Virus record (IMG/VR): IMGVR_UViG_3300045988_121102
Reading direction: 5' to 3' (one strand)
Origin: a virus
Length of the DNA: 64,000 nt
Shown: piece by piece, positions 1-8,646 of the stretch
How positions within the stretch are numbered: the stretch's first letter is position 1
How the letters are laid out: every line of letters begins with the position of its first letter
Made by a program: the position numbers and the translations under genes
The notes under the pieces: generated by a model
The model's input: only the letters and a program-made list of their open reading frames with translations
What the model was told of the DNA's origin: nothing
Databases searched by the model: none

Positions 1-11
1 TTCCACTCATC

Positions 12-53
12 AGCTCCCTGCCGGACTTGAACCGGCGACCTACGCATTACGAA
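12..53 (-). pseudogene. tRNA 3' half fragment (anticodon-loop-like 7-mer through acceptor 3' strand); possible att core or decayed tRNA
   Basis: The reverse complement reads TTCGTAA-TGCGT-AGGTC-GCCGG-TTCAAGT-CCGGC-AGGGAGC-T, giving a T arm and 3' acceptor strand. No complementary 5' acceptor strand or D arm is present at 54-90. Confidence 0.45.
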
Positions 54-99
54 AGAGGAATTTCTTTTTCTCCACATTTTTCTAAATCAGAGAAAGCCT

Positions 100-128
100 T
101 GATTTATAAGGCTTTCTCGACTTTCTAT
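100..128 (-). terminator. hairpin terminator candidate downstream of the HTH gene
   Basis: GAGAAAGCCTT / AAGGCTTTCTC 11-bp stem with T-rich flanks. Confidence 0.4.
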
Positions 129-226
129 TTTCTCTGTTTTTATCTACTTTTATCTATTGTTTTCTCTCTTTGGTCGACAAATGGTCGACAGAAGCGACCA
201 ACAATAAAAATGTAAAAGTCAAAAAA

Positions 227-400
227 TCACTGTTCACCTGTGTTCAAATATTCAATCAGCTTTTCTAAATTAATCAGAAATCTTCTTCCGGCTTTAATAT
301 GCACGATTTTACCTTCTAAACACAATGTTCGAATTCTACTGTATGAAATGCCAGTTTTTTCGGCAGCTTCTTTTATTGTAATCATGGTTGGAATCGTCAT
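227..400 (-). CDS. excisionase/MerR-type helix-turn-helix DNA-binding protein
   Basis: ITIKEAAEKTGISYSRIRTLCLEGKIVHIKAGRRFLI matches the excisionase-family HTH pattern. The start is moved to the ATG at 400, which follows AAGGGGG. Confidence 0.6.
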   Translation of the reverse strand: MTIPTMITIKEAAEKTGISYSRIRTLCLEGKIVHIKAGRRFLINLEKLIEYLNTGEQ

Positions 401-462
401 TTCCGTTACCCCCTTAATCATTTATTGTATAATTCCATGAATGTTTCTGAATAATACATTGG

Positions 463-714
463 CTACACTTCTTTCTGATTGTGCAAAGACATGGAATTCT
501 CGCCTGTGTTATGCAATTTTCTAAAGTCAACTTTATTGACTTTAGAATTCGTCAGCTTAACAACCTATTTCTCATTCATTTTTGCAACAGCCATCTTCAC
601 TGAACTGTCACCCAACTCCAGGCAAGCACCTACATGGTACGGATTAAATAATATCTGTCCATTCAGTTCAAATACCTCTACATCGTGTCATTCAAAAATC
701 ATTAAGTTATTCAT
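463..714 (-). pseudogene. Bro-N/antirepressor-like remnant with three in-frame stops
   Basis: A single frame reads MNNLMIFE*HDVEVFELNGQILFNPYHVGACLELGDSSVKMAVAKMNEK*VVKLTNSKVNKVDFRKLHNTGEN..EV*. The stops are TGA at 688-690, TAG at 565-567 and TAG at 463-465. Confidence 0.5.
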
Positions 715-730
715 AAAACATTCTCCCTTC

Positions 731-1186
731 TTATTTTAAATCCTGCATTACGAATTCGATTCCGAACTTTTGTGTAACTTCTTCTCCATATCGTCTGATG
801 TCAATGGCTTGATCGTCGCTGACTCTGTTTACTTCCTTTATAACTGCATCTACAAAACGCCACAGTTTGTTATGCATATCATTTTCCCATCGAGGGCTTT
901 TCCATCCAAAGTCTTCACACAAAACCTTGACCGGTACCGACATCAGTAAACAGAGTGCTTTCTGCATTCGTTCAGTCTCATCAGTTCCAGAGAAAAATTC
1001 TTCTCTCTTTCTCCATTCTTCATCGATATGTTTGTCAATTTCCGCTCTGGTTTTTGCCTTGATTCTTTCCGCGGCTTCGGCTACTGCCTGATTTTTAATC
1101 TGTTCAATCTGTTCGTTGGTATATTCATAGCGGGTCTGAGCTGCCTTATTTTCTCTTTCCGCTCTTCTTCTTTCTGCGCGTGTCAT
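731..1186 (-). CDS. hypothetical early protein
   Basis: 151-aa ORF in the co-directional operon with a charged N-terminus. Confidence 0.5.
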   Translation of the reverse strand: MTRAERRRAERENKAAQTRYEYTNEQIEQIKNQAVAEAAERIKAKTRAEIDKHIDEEWRKREEFFSGTDETERMQKALCLLMSVPVKVLCEDFGWKSPRWENDMHNKLWRFVDAVIKEVNRVSDDQAIDIRRYGEEVTQKFGIEFVMQDLK

Positions 1187-1205
1187 ACTTATACCTCCTC
1201 GTTGT

Positions 1206-1490
1206 TTAACTGTTCGACTTTTCCGAACTGTTCAATCTACGTTCCAAAATCTCTAAAAACCACATGATCATCGGAACTGCTGTCAAAACTTCTTGCATTT
1301 GACCATCTTTATAGGTACGGTGTGTAAATTCTTTATATTTTTCAGTGAGAGCTCCCACGTCATTTACAATTTCATCCCATTTCCCGTCTGACATATCCTC
1401 TGGCGTTAAATTTCGATATTTCAAGAAAAAGACGTTGTGCACATCGTTCATCAAGGACATTACATCCTCATTTTTCATTTCCTTTGTCAT
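1206..1490 (-). CDS. hypothetical early protein
   Basis: 94-aa ORF whose start is coupled (ATGA overlap) to the upstream gene. Confidence 0.5.
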   Translation of the reverse strand: MTKEMKNEDVMSLMNDVHNVFFLKYRNLTPEDMSDGKWDEIVNDVGALTEKYKEFTHRTYKDGQMQEVLTAVPMIMWFLEILERRLNSSEKSNS

Positions 1491-3307
1491 ACAAACACAA
1501 TCTCCCCTGCATCAATAAATCCATCGTTTTCGGCATCCAGCGATTTTTCCCATCCAAATTTGCGATGCAGCTCATCCGCATTGGAAAAAATACGCTTTGA
1601 TTTTTCATCATATTGTAAGATGTATCCCTCGTAATTCAGTTTCCCGACTATTCGACTCTTAGATAAGACCAATCGGCGCTGACTTTGGTCCAACTCTTTA
1701 TCCCGGTCGTAGCTGACTACTACAGTTGCCATGTTGGTAATGTCTCCAGAACCCGAAACTTCATCATTCACATCAGTAGTCATGTTGCTTTTCCGGCGAT
1801 GAGCTACTAACATGATGATAATGTTGAATTTGTAAGCCAACTTTCTTAATTTGTTCACGAATTTTGACTGCTTCTCAAACTTGTTTGATTCCTCTTCTGC
1901 ATCCAAATCTAATGCTGTCATGAGATTGTCAATCAATATTACTTTGATTCCATACTGCATGATGGCATCCGTGATTGTTTTAATTAAATCCTCCTGCTCA
2001 TCATCATCAATAATGGAATTGTCATAGAGGTACATTTTGTTCCAATACCAATCATTAAGTCTATTTTGAATCGGTGTAGTGACAAACTGGTACTTTGTGT
2101 TATCCGGATTGTAGTTTTCTGCTATATTGTTCGGACCGGCAGCCTGTAAATCCATCCAGTTTTTACACTGATTTTCTGTCATTTCTCCGGAATAGATAAG
2201 TGTTGGGTATCCTTGATCGATTGCGTTCAATGCAATTTGATTGGCAAATGTACTTTTTCCGTCGCCTCGTTTACCTGCTACCAGGAATATTCCACCAAAA
2301 AAAACGCCGCCACCAAGGATCCTATCCAATTCTCTAAACCCAGTTTTCATTTTTGGAAGATCGTTGAAGTCTATCTTTTTTATGTCTGCAAACTGTTTAA
2401 TTCGCTTTACTGGAAGTAACTCTGCGTGTTCCACAGCCGTTCTAACCGCATCTTTCCCATGCTTTTTCAATAATTCATTTGCATCTTTACAATTCTGATA
2501 ATCATCTGGCTGTACTACCCGAATTTTGTTTGGAAACCTGGATTTAATCTCTTCTAAAAGGGTCACGTGTTCTTTTTCGTAGTCTCCAAACACAACAATC
2601 TCTTCAAATTTTCTTACCCAATCCCAGCAATATGGAACCCATGTAAATCCTTTTGCCCCGGTTGGAACAGAAACAGCATTTTTGATTCCTGCCTCTGCTA
2701 CAGATAACGAATCTAGTTGCCCCTCTGTAATAACTAACTGATGGAAGTCTACACACTGTTTCATGCCAAATAAAATCGGTTTACAGTTGGACTCACACCA
2801 TTCTTTAGCTTTATCTTTTTCTTTATCAAAATCAGTTTTCCGATATTTGACGAACTGCATTTTACCTTTTTCGTCATAGAACGGAAATACCAAGACGTTT
2901 TCGTGACCATTCTGGACAGTTATCTCATACTGCTTGGCTGTTTCAGAAGAAATCCCTCTCGATTCCAAATAAGCTATTGCCGGATCTTTCGGAACAATCG
3001 GTGCATCTGGTGTTTTCAATTTTCTGAACTGCTTTGTCGGATGGATATATTCTCCGAAATCTCCGCTCAGTTTGAAATTAAAATCTTTTGCAAGTGTTAC
3101 CATATTACCTGTTGCACTGCATGATTCACGCAAGCACTTAAATTGACCTGTTTTCATGTTGATAGAGAATGTATTGCTGTCTCTGCTATCTCCACCTTTA
3201 CAGTATGGACAGATGCGGAAATGCAACTCATCTCCTTTCATCTTTGGCTGTTCCCCAATGGTTCTGGCAAAATCCCATGCATCCTGTTGATTGAATTTAT
3301 ACTGCAT
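1487..3307 (-). CDS. bifunctional DNA primase/replicative helicase (Zn-finger + TOPRIM + DnaB-like)
   Basis: Zinc finger CPYCKGG..FKCLRESC, TOPRIM-like ITEGQLDSL and Walker A GKRGDGKST, with a DnaB-like C-terminal half. Confidence 0.8.
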   Translation of the reverse strand: MQYKFNQQDAWDFARTIGEQPKMKGDELHFRICPYCKGGDSRDSNTFSINMKTGQFKCLRESCSATGNMVTLAKDFNFKLSGDFGEYIHPTKQFRKLKTPDAPIVPKDPAIAYLESRGISSETAKQYEITVQNGHENVLVFPFYDEKGKMQFVKYRKTDFDKEKDKAKEWCESNCKPILFGMKQCVDFHQLVITEGQLDSLSVAEAGIKNAVSVPTGAKGFTWVPYCWDWVRKFEEIVVFGDYEKEHVTLLEEIKSRFPNKIRVVQPDDYQNCKDANELLKKHGKDAVRTAVEHAELLPVKRIKQFADIKKIDFNDLPKMKTGFRELDRILGGGVFFGGIFLVAGKRGDGKSTFANQIALNAIDQGYPTLIYSGEMTENQCKNWMDLQAAGPNNIAENYNPDNTKYQFVTTPIQNRLNDWYWNKMYLYDNSIIDDDEQEDLIKTITDAIMQYGIKVILIDNLMTALDLDAEEESNKFEKQSKFVNKLRKLAYKFNIIIMLVAHRRKSNMTTDVNDEVSGSGDITNMATVVVSYDRDKELDQSQRRLVLSKSRIVGKLNYEGYILQYDEKSKRIFSNADELHRKFGWEKSLDAENDGFIDAGEIVFV

Positions 3308-4137
3308 TATATCGTCACTCCTGCCGCCCTTATTTTATCGGCCTGTTCTGTCGTTAATTTAGCGTAATTGATTGCTTGATTAACAATTACACCTGATTTT
3401 TCAAGTTCTGCACGGAAGTCTGCTGAAAGTACGGAAAATCTATCATTTGATGAATCATCAGACGCTAAATCCGCATCCTTTTTGAATTCATCCATTCGAT
3501 TCCAAACAATCCCCATGTAATTGGCTGATATTGCAGAATCAATTGCCAAGCGTACTGCCGTAATTCCAAATTTATCAGCATATCGAATCATCTGATTTAA
3601 CAGACGAGTCATAGATAGCTCTGAATTATAGTGATTCTGCGCTTTTGGCAGTTTCCCATCTTTGTGCTGCATCCACATCAATACGCTATTGTAGAAATCA
3701 GAATTGCTGGAAATGGCAGAAAAAGATTCATTCCCCGCAATAATTGCTTTGAAATTCTGTTCATTTGTGCGCAGTTTAACAAAATGTGTGCTTTCTTTTT
3801 CTGGTTTGACTTTGTCAGAAGTTTTCGATGCTACTATTTGTTTTTCCATGTCGCTTTCTTCATATTCAATGTCAATCATTCTCAGTTTATAAAAAGTATT
3901 CATGGCTTTTCTAATTAATTCTATCGGGCGATTGAACTCCTTAGATAACATCTGTTCAGAATATGCCATTTTATCATTGATAAGAAAAATTCCATCATTA
4001 ATCAGCCGTCCAGAAAAACGAATAAGTTTAAACCACATGCACTCTATTGAGTCCGCATCCGGCATTGTATCGATTTGCTTAAATTTAGCATCTAACGATA
4101 TGTTTGTTTTAATCCTAATCCATTTTACTCCAGACAT
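3307..4137 (-). CDS. phage replisome organizer-like protein
   Basis: The N-terminus VKWIRIKTNISLDAKFKQIDTMPDADSIECMWFKLI is typical of the replisome-organizer N-terminal domain, and the gene sits just upstream of the helicase. Confidence 0.6.
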   Translation of the reverse strand: MSGVKWIRIKTNISLDAKFKQIDTMPDADSIECMWFKLIRFSGRLINDGIFLINDKMAYSEQMLSKEFNRPIELIRKAMNTFYKLRMIDIEYEESDMEKQIVASKTSDKVKPEKESTHFVKLRTNEQNFKAIIAGNESFSAISSNSDFYNSVLMWMQHKDGKLPKAQNHYNSELSMTRLLNQMIRYADKFGITAVRLAIDSAISANYMGIVWNRMDEFKKDADLASDDSSNDRFSVLSADFRAELEKSGVIVNQAINYAKLTTEQADKIRAAGVTI

Positions 4138-4148
4138 TTCAACCCCTC

Positions 4149-4511
4149 CTACTCTTTATAAGGAACTCTCCATTTTGGTTTGTTTATCGCTTTATCATCA
4201 ATGTAAACGTCTGCGGATATCTTCCTGGGATCGTCACCCCAGAAATTGACAAGATCTGCTAGATTTTCGTTTACTGCATCAAATTCTAATCCGTACTTTT
4301 TGCAAAAATCGACCGCTTCTTTAAGCCTATCATTACAGCGACACGTCCAAAGAATCACTTTGTCTCCAGATGCCCTTTTCGCTATCAGATAACGAATCAA
4401 AGACATATTCGGGACTCCAATTCCAGGAAAGGCACTCTCACAAAGAGTCCCATCAAAATCCACTGCAAATACTGTATATTTTCTTCCCATCATTACTCCT
4501 ACATGATACAT
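4149..4511 (-). CDS. HAD-superfamily hydrolase-like protein
   Basis: DxDGT motif (FAVDFDGTL). Confidence 0.45.
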   Translation of the reverse strand: MYHVGVMMGRKYTVFAVDFDGTLCESAFPGIGVPNMSLIRYLIAKRASGDKVILWTCRCNDRLKEAVDFCKKYGLEFDAVNENLADLVNFWGDDPRKISADVYIDDKAINKPKWRVPYKE

Positions 4512-4984
4512 CTTCTACACCCTAGGGAACGATAGTACAATGCTAATTGTGCATAAGATACGCAACATCCATTACTCAATCTGACAAGGAATGGATACTT
4601 TGCAATAACAGTTGCCATTTCAACTTTCCCCCAAGAATCATCGTTTCGATTCCAGATTTTATTGTTGAATACACGAATATTACTGCCAATCTTGCATTTC
4701 TTTGCAGCTTGTACAAGTTCACTTTTATAAATTGGAATTGAAGCGGATTTAGCAAGCGTTTCTTCTACTGTTTTATCTGGCTCTGCTCGATAATAATACA
4801 GTTCTTTCTGGTGCGGCTTATTGGCTCTTACCAGAATTCCAGCAATCTCCATTCTATTAACAACTGGAGCTGTCTTTTTTCTTGGTAAATTCAGTCTGGA
4901 AGATATTTCCGTGATGCATAACGGCTCTTCGGTTTTCAGCGTTTCTAGAATATGTTTTCTTATATCTACTTCAATTGTAGGCAT
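4499..4984 (-). CDS. winged-helix DNA-binding protein (putative)
   Basis: The N-terminal ITEISSRLNLPRKKTAPVVNRMEIAGIL resembles a MarR-type winged helix-turn-helix. Confidence 0.4.
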   Translation of the reverse strand: MPTIEVDIRKHILETLKTEEPLCITEISSRLNLPRKKTAPVVNRMEIAGILVRANKPHQKELYYYRAEPDKTVEETLAKSASIPIYKSELVQAAKKCKIGSNIRVFNNKIWNRNDDSWGKVEMATVIAKYPFLVRLSNGCCVSYAQLALYYRSLGCRRCIM

Positions 4985-5028
4985 AGTGGTTTTTCCTTTC
5001 CTGTTTATCTTTTAATGGGGAGAACTTG

Positions 5029-5340
5029 TTACAGTTCTCCGCCATCATCTTCTGGGTCATCGACAATTCTACGTTCTTCCCACATTTTTTTAAATCTTTC
5101 AGCTGCCTGATTCTTCTGTTCTTCTGAAACCTTTTTTGGAGGACTGACCTTGATATATTTAACCGGCACATGATACAAAACTGAACCATCCACATTTTCA
5201 AACACCCGTTTCACTTCTTCTGGGCGTTTTTCTGCCAATGCGATCAGTTTGCTTTTTAATGCTGTTCCAGATGGCGCTGTTACTGTCGCATAATCTCTAT
5301 CTTTCGTCCATTCAATACAGAATTCGTTCATACTGCTCAC
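5029..5340 (-). CDS. hypothetical protein
   Basis: 103-aa ORF in the operon. Confidence 0.45.
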   Translation of the reverse strand: MSSMNEFCIEWTKDRDYATVTAPSGTALKSKLIALAEKRPEEVKRVFENVDGSVLYHVPVKYIKVSPPKKVSEEQKNQAAERFKKMWEERRIVDDPEDDGGEL

Positions 5341-5353
5341 TACTCCATACCTC

Positions 5354-5671
5354 CTAATTCATACTTTGTTTCCAATAAGACTTGTAGCTTCCGTCTCTTG
5401 ATTTAATACACTGGTTAATAGACAAAATTCTTTGTTTATAGCATTTTGGACAAACTTTCTTGTTTTTTATCACCTGCTCTTTCCCACAAATATAACAAAT
5501 TCCATAATTGGGTCTTTCCGAACGATGAACCGTCTTTTTTTCGCTGTCTCTCTTTGCTTTCATGGCGGATCTGCAAGATTTGCAGTAAACTTTACCGTTA
5601 ATTGATATTTTTCCGCACTTGGGGCAAATGCCTTTTTCCTTGCATTTTATGTAGTGCTCTCGACTTGCCAT
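5354..5671 (-). CDS. multi-CxxC zinc-ribbon protein
   Basis: Four CxxC pairs: CPKCG, CKSC, CYIC and CPKC. Confidence 0.5.
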   Translation of the reverse strand: MASREHYIKCKEKGICPKCGKISINGKVYCKSCRSAMKAKRDSEKKTVHRSERPNYGICYICGKEQVIKNKKVCPKCYKQRILSINQCIKSRDGSYKSYWKQSMN

Positions 5672-5685
5672 TTTGTATCACTTCC

Positions 5686-6540
5686 TTATTCTGTCCATAC
5701 TTCTAGAAAATCTGCAAAATCCATCTGTTCATTTTTCTCAAACACAAGCATTTCATTTTTGGCTCTTGTGTAGAAATTGCGGTCAACTTCAAAACCAAAT
5801 GCACTTCTTCCTAACTCCGCTGCAGCTCTTAAGGTTGAACCACTTCCGCAACACGGATCGATTACTACATCACCTAGGTCTGTGAAAATTTCAATCAGTC
5901 TCTTAATGACTGCTACTGGTTTCTGTGCTGGATGAATTTTCGGAATATCTTTTCCATCTTTTTCCCACGGGAACCAATTGAAAATCATGTGTCCGGTTCC
6001 TCGAATATTTTTGCCATTTTCATCAATCTGCAAACCGTTACGGAATTTTGGAAGTCTTCCACGATAGAACAAAAGAGCATATTCTGTCGCTCCTACAACT
6101 CTCATATTTGCTTTCAATACCTGAGGGCTGTAATTTTTAACGAAAACTAATGGGATGTAGTTCACGAATCCATGTTTTTTTGCTGCCGAAATAAGGACTG
6201 GGATTTGTTCAAAACTACAAAACACAATCATGCAAGGGCTGTCCGAACTTCTTCCTCTGGAAACCGGCTTTGTATCTTCTTTTTTCAACATTTTTGAACA
6301 GAAATGAAAATACTCGTACAGGTTAAAATTGAAGTCACTATTAAAAGCAGCTTTCCCGGCTAACTTACTTTCTCCATTTTTATTTTCTCCACCCTTGTAC
6401 CACATCGGGTTTGAACCATAGAAATTGTTTCCGATATTATAAGGTACGTCGGCAATGACAAGCTGCGCTGGCGGTATTGCGTATTTTTTGTAATTCTGCA
6501 TCGAATCACGATAGATTTCACATTTTAATTTCTTTTTCAT
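5686..6540 (-). CDS. DNA N6-adenine/N4-cytosine methyltransferase
   Basis: DPPY-like IADVPYN near the N-terminus and the AdoMet motif VIDPCCGSGST near the C-terminus. Confidence 0.75.
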   Translation of the reverse strand: MKKKLKCEIYRDSMQNYKKYAIPPAQLVIADVPYNIGNNFYGSNPMWYKGGENKNGESKLAGKAAFNSDFNFNLYEYFHFCSKMLKKEDTKPVSRGRSSDSPCMIVFCSFEQIPVLISAAKKHGFVNYIPLVFVKNYSPQVLKANMRVVGATEYALLFYRGRLPKFRNGLQIDENGKNIRGTGHMIFNWFPWEKDGKDIPKIHPAQKPVAVIKRLIEIFTDLGDVVIDPCCGSGSTLRAAAELGRSAFGFEVDRNFYTRAKNEMLVFEKNEQMDFADFLEVWTE

Positions 6541-6546
6541 TTGATA

Positions 6547-6593
6547 AAAGGAACCCGATATATCGTTACCCCGGCCGGAGGTTCGGTTCCTTT
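6547..6593 (-). promoter_or_regulatory. terminator-like hairpin immediately 5' of the methyltransferase start codon
   Basis: AAAGGAACC...GGUUCCUUU stem followed by UUAUCAA-AUG. No SD is visible in front of the ATG at 6540. Confidence 0.4.
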
Positions 6594-6681
6594 CTAAAGT
6601 ATTAAATTTTGGAATTTTTCGACAGAACTGCCGAACGTCTGAATAAAAAATCGCTATTACTCATAGCTGAGATTGTTTGAA

Positions 6682-6719
6682 GTATTTATATCTTCATGTG
6701 TAAATTTGTGGCTGTCAAG
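6682..6719 (-). promoter_or_regulatory. promoter-like conserved element, copy 1
   Basis: CTTGACAGCCACAAATTTACACATGAAGATATAAATAC is nearly identical to the element at 10431-10467. Confidence 0.5.
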
Positions 6720-6723
6720 TGTT

Positions 6724-7458
6724 TTATGAGTTCAAATAGCACATAATCCCACATTCTGGGAAAACTTCTGTATTCATGTTTCCTCTGTTTGGATCCAGTT
6801 CATCCAAGTAAATAGGAGATCCCTTACTGTCTTTCAAAATAGAATGTCCGACCAATCGTTCTAATTCGGATCTACTTTTGAAAACATCTGGAAAATCTTT
6901 TCTGATCTTATTCCAATATCCCATGCCTGCTTTCAAACAGCCAAGGCAATTGTTGTTCGGATAGCCTAAGTCATACATCAGCGGACGTTTGAATGAAAAT
7001 TTCTTTTCAAACAGTCCATGCACCTCTTCTTTCGATAAGTTACGGTCTATGAGCGGAAATTCGTGCTGTGCCTGCGGATTGGATTCTACTGCCCGTTCTG
7101 CTCGATTCTTTTCTTTTAAATCGAATCCCCACACATAGATTAAATCATTGTCTTTGTTCTCTTCTTCCCATTCCTTGCGAACTCTCTTTTTCAGCCAGTT
7201 TGTGCAAGGAGCGAAACTGTTATACGGATTTTTGAATCCTCCGAATGCTCTTACACACTCTTCTACTGAATGATATTCTCTGGAATGCAAAATTTTAATT
7301 GGTTTTCCGATGGCAGCTTCACAATCTTTAATGAACCTCATGCTATCTGGGTGCTGGTCCTGAATGTCAATGTAAATCCACTCATCTATATCTCCTGCAA
7401 GGTATCCCGCCATAAAGCTGCTTACTCCTGCCGATATCCAACACACTTTTTTTGTCAT
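6724..7458 (-). CDS. PP-loop / PAPS-reductase-like ATP pyrophosphatase family protein
   Basis: The N-terminal WISAGVSS resembles an SGGxDS PP-loop. Size and context match phage PAPS-reductase-like genes. Confidence 0.5.
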   Translation of the reverse strand: MTKKVCWISAGVSSFMAGYLAGDIDEWIYIDIQDQHPDSMRFIKDCEAAIGKPIKILHSREYHSVEECVRAFGGFKNPYNSFAPCTNWLKKRVRKEWEEENKDNDLIYVWGFDLKEKNRAERAVESNPQAQHEFPLIDRNLSKEEVHGLFEKKFSFKRPLMYDLGYPNNNCLGCLKAGMGYWNKIRKDFPDVFKSRSELERLVGHSILKDSKGSPIYLDELDPNRGNMNTEVFPECGIMCYLNS

Positions 7459-7613
7459 AACACCACGCTACAAATGCTGTATCGTGGATCACCATTCGTT
7501 TGCCCTTATACGACCTACGCCGTTTCCGGCGAAAGCCTTATGGCCACGGTGTTGAAATTTTTCGGTACGTCACCGCCGTTCACTACGCACCAACCCGGTT
7601 TACCGGGCATTCG
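7459..7613 (-). ncRNA. structured 5' leader / candidate cis-regulatory RNA
   Basis: 155 nt with no ORF and several GC-rich hairpins (CCCGG-UAAA-CCGGG, CGCCG-GAAA-CGGCG, GGCC-AUAA-GGCU). CCACG..CGUGG abuts the weak ribosome-binding site. Confidence 0.35.
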
Positions 7614-8216
7614 TTATTCCTTTCCTGTCAAATAATTGTCTTCATTAATCAAATTCATAAATTTTTCAAGCTGCCGTTCTGAAACCTTGTTCCCCTGCTT
7701 TTCTGGTTTCAAGCCGATAACAAGATGTTTTTCTGCGATTCCAGAAAGTTCCTTGGCAAGAGATTTCTTCCCCTGCTGGATGCCTTGATGATAGTTCTTG
7801 GGCGACTTGTACTGCCCTACTACCTGCTTTCCAACTCCTTGAGATCCGGCTGTGACGTTGTACATCTGATAGCCTGCATCAGCAAGTGCTTTAATAGTTG
7901 ACACTTCTTCTTCGTCAAGTTTGTTTTTAGGATAAACCTTGAATTTCAATGCCCATCCATACGGATTCTCTGTGCTGCGAAAACCATGTTTCTTCAAGCT
8001 CAATGCGATATGATCATACTCCGCAAGATGTGAAGCACAACGTTCGCATAATGAAACCGCCTGTCCGCAATAGGCTCTCCGGATTCCTGCTTCATCTATG
8101 CGATAAAAAACATAGATTCCGCTTTTGTATGGAATGCCGGGGCAGATAACCTTTATCTGCTTTTCACGCTTAGCCTTCATGGCGTAAATCTGCTTATAAT
8201 TTGGTTTATTCATCAC
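7614..8216 (-). CDS. GIY-YIG nuclease-domain protein (free-standing homing-endonuclease-like)
   Basis: GIYVFYRIDEAG..RRAYCGQA matches the GIY...YIG pattern. Confidence 0.6.
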   Translation of the reverse strand: MMNKPNYKQIYAMKAKREKQIKVICPGIPYKSGIYVFYRIDEAGIRRAYCGQAVSLCERCASHLAEYDHIALSLKKHGFRSTENPYGWALKFKVYPKNKLDEEEVSTIKALADAGYQMYNVTAGSQGVGKQVVGQYKSPKNYHQGIQQGKKSLAKELSGIAEKHLVIGLKPEKQGNKVSERQLEKFMNLINEDNYLTGKE

Positions 8217-8232
8217 TTAAATTACCTTTTCT

Positions 8233-8646
8233 TTACATCCCTTTATCTGGTTCCAGTTTGACTGTTTCAGACTCTTCCACTGGATAGATTGCCTTGAAAT
8301 CGGACGAATTTCTTCTATCGGCAAAATATGTTACTTTTCCACCGATCAGACCCGCAAAATGTCTTGCTATTGTAAAGCCATCTTTGTTTGTGATGTGAAT
8401 TAATGTATCTATTGGAATTGAATTCCAATCCATATCTGATGTATCAGAATCTGATTCCAATCCCAACCATACTTTTCTCGACTCTGAACAATAATCAGCA
8501 GCATTAAATCGACAATGTTCACAGTCCTGCGTTTCGCTGCAATCAAACAAACGACCAGTTTCATTGTTTATTCCAAAATCAAATTGGTGTAAAGAAGTGT
8601 TTATGATCTGTTCTCTGTATTTCTCTCTGTTTATCAACTTTACCAT
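8233..8646 (-). CDS. hypothetical Cys-containing protein
   Basis: 137-aa ORF containing CSETQDCEHCRFNAADYC. Confidence 0.45.
   Translation of the reverse strand: MVKLINREKYREQIINTSLHQFDFGINNETGRLFDCSETQDCEHCRFNAADYCSESRKVWLGLESDSDTSDMDWNSIPIDTLIHITNKDGFTIARHFAGLIGGKVTYFADRRNSSDFKAIYPVEESETVKLEPDKGM

Noticed and set aside
7459-7613. A group I intron associated with the adjacent GIY-YIG endonuclease gene.
   Set aside because: The segment is too short (155 nt), and the flanking ORFs are unrelated complete genes rather than exon halves. It is treated as a structured leader instead.
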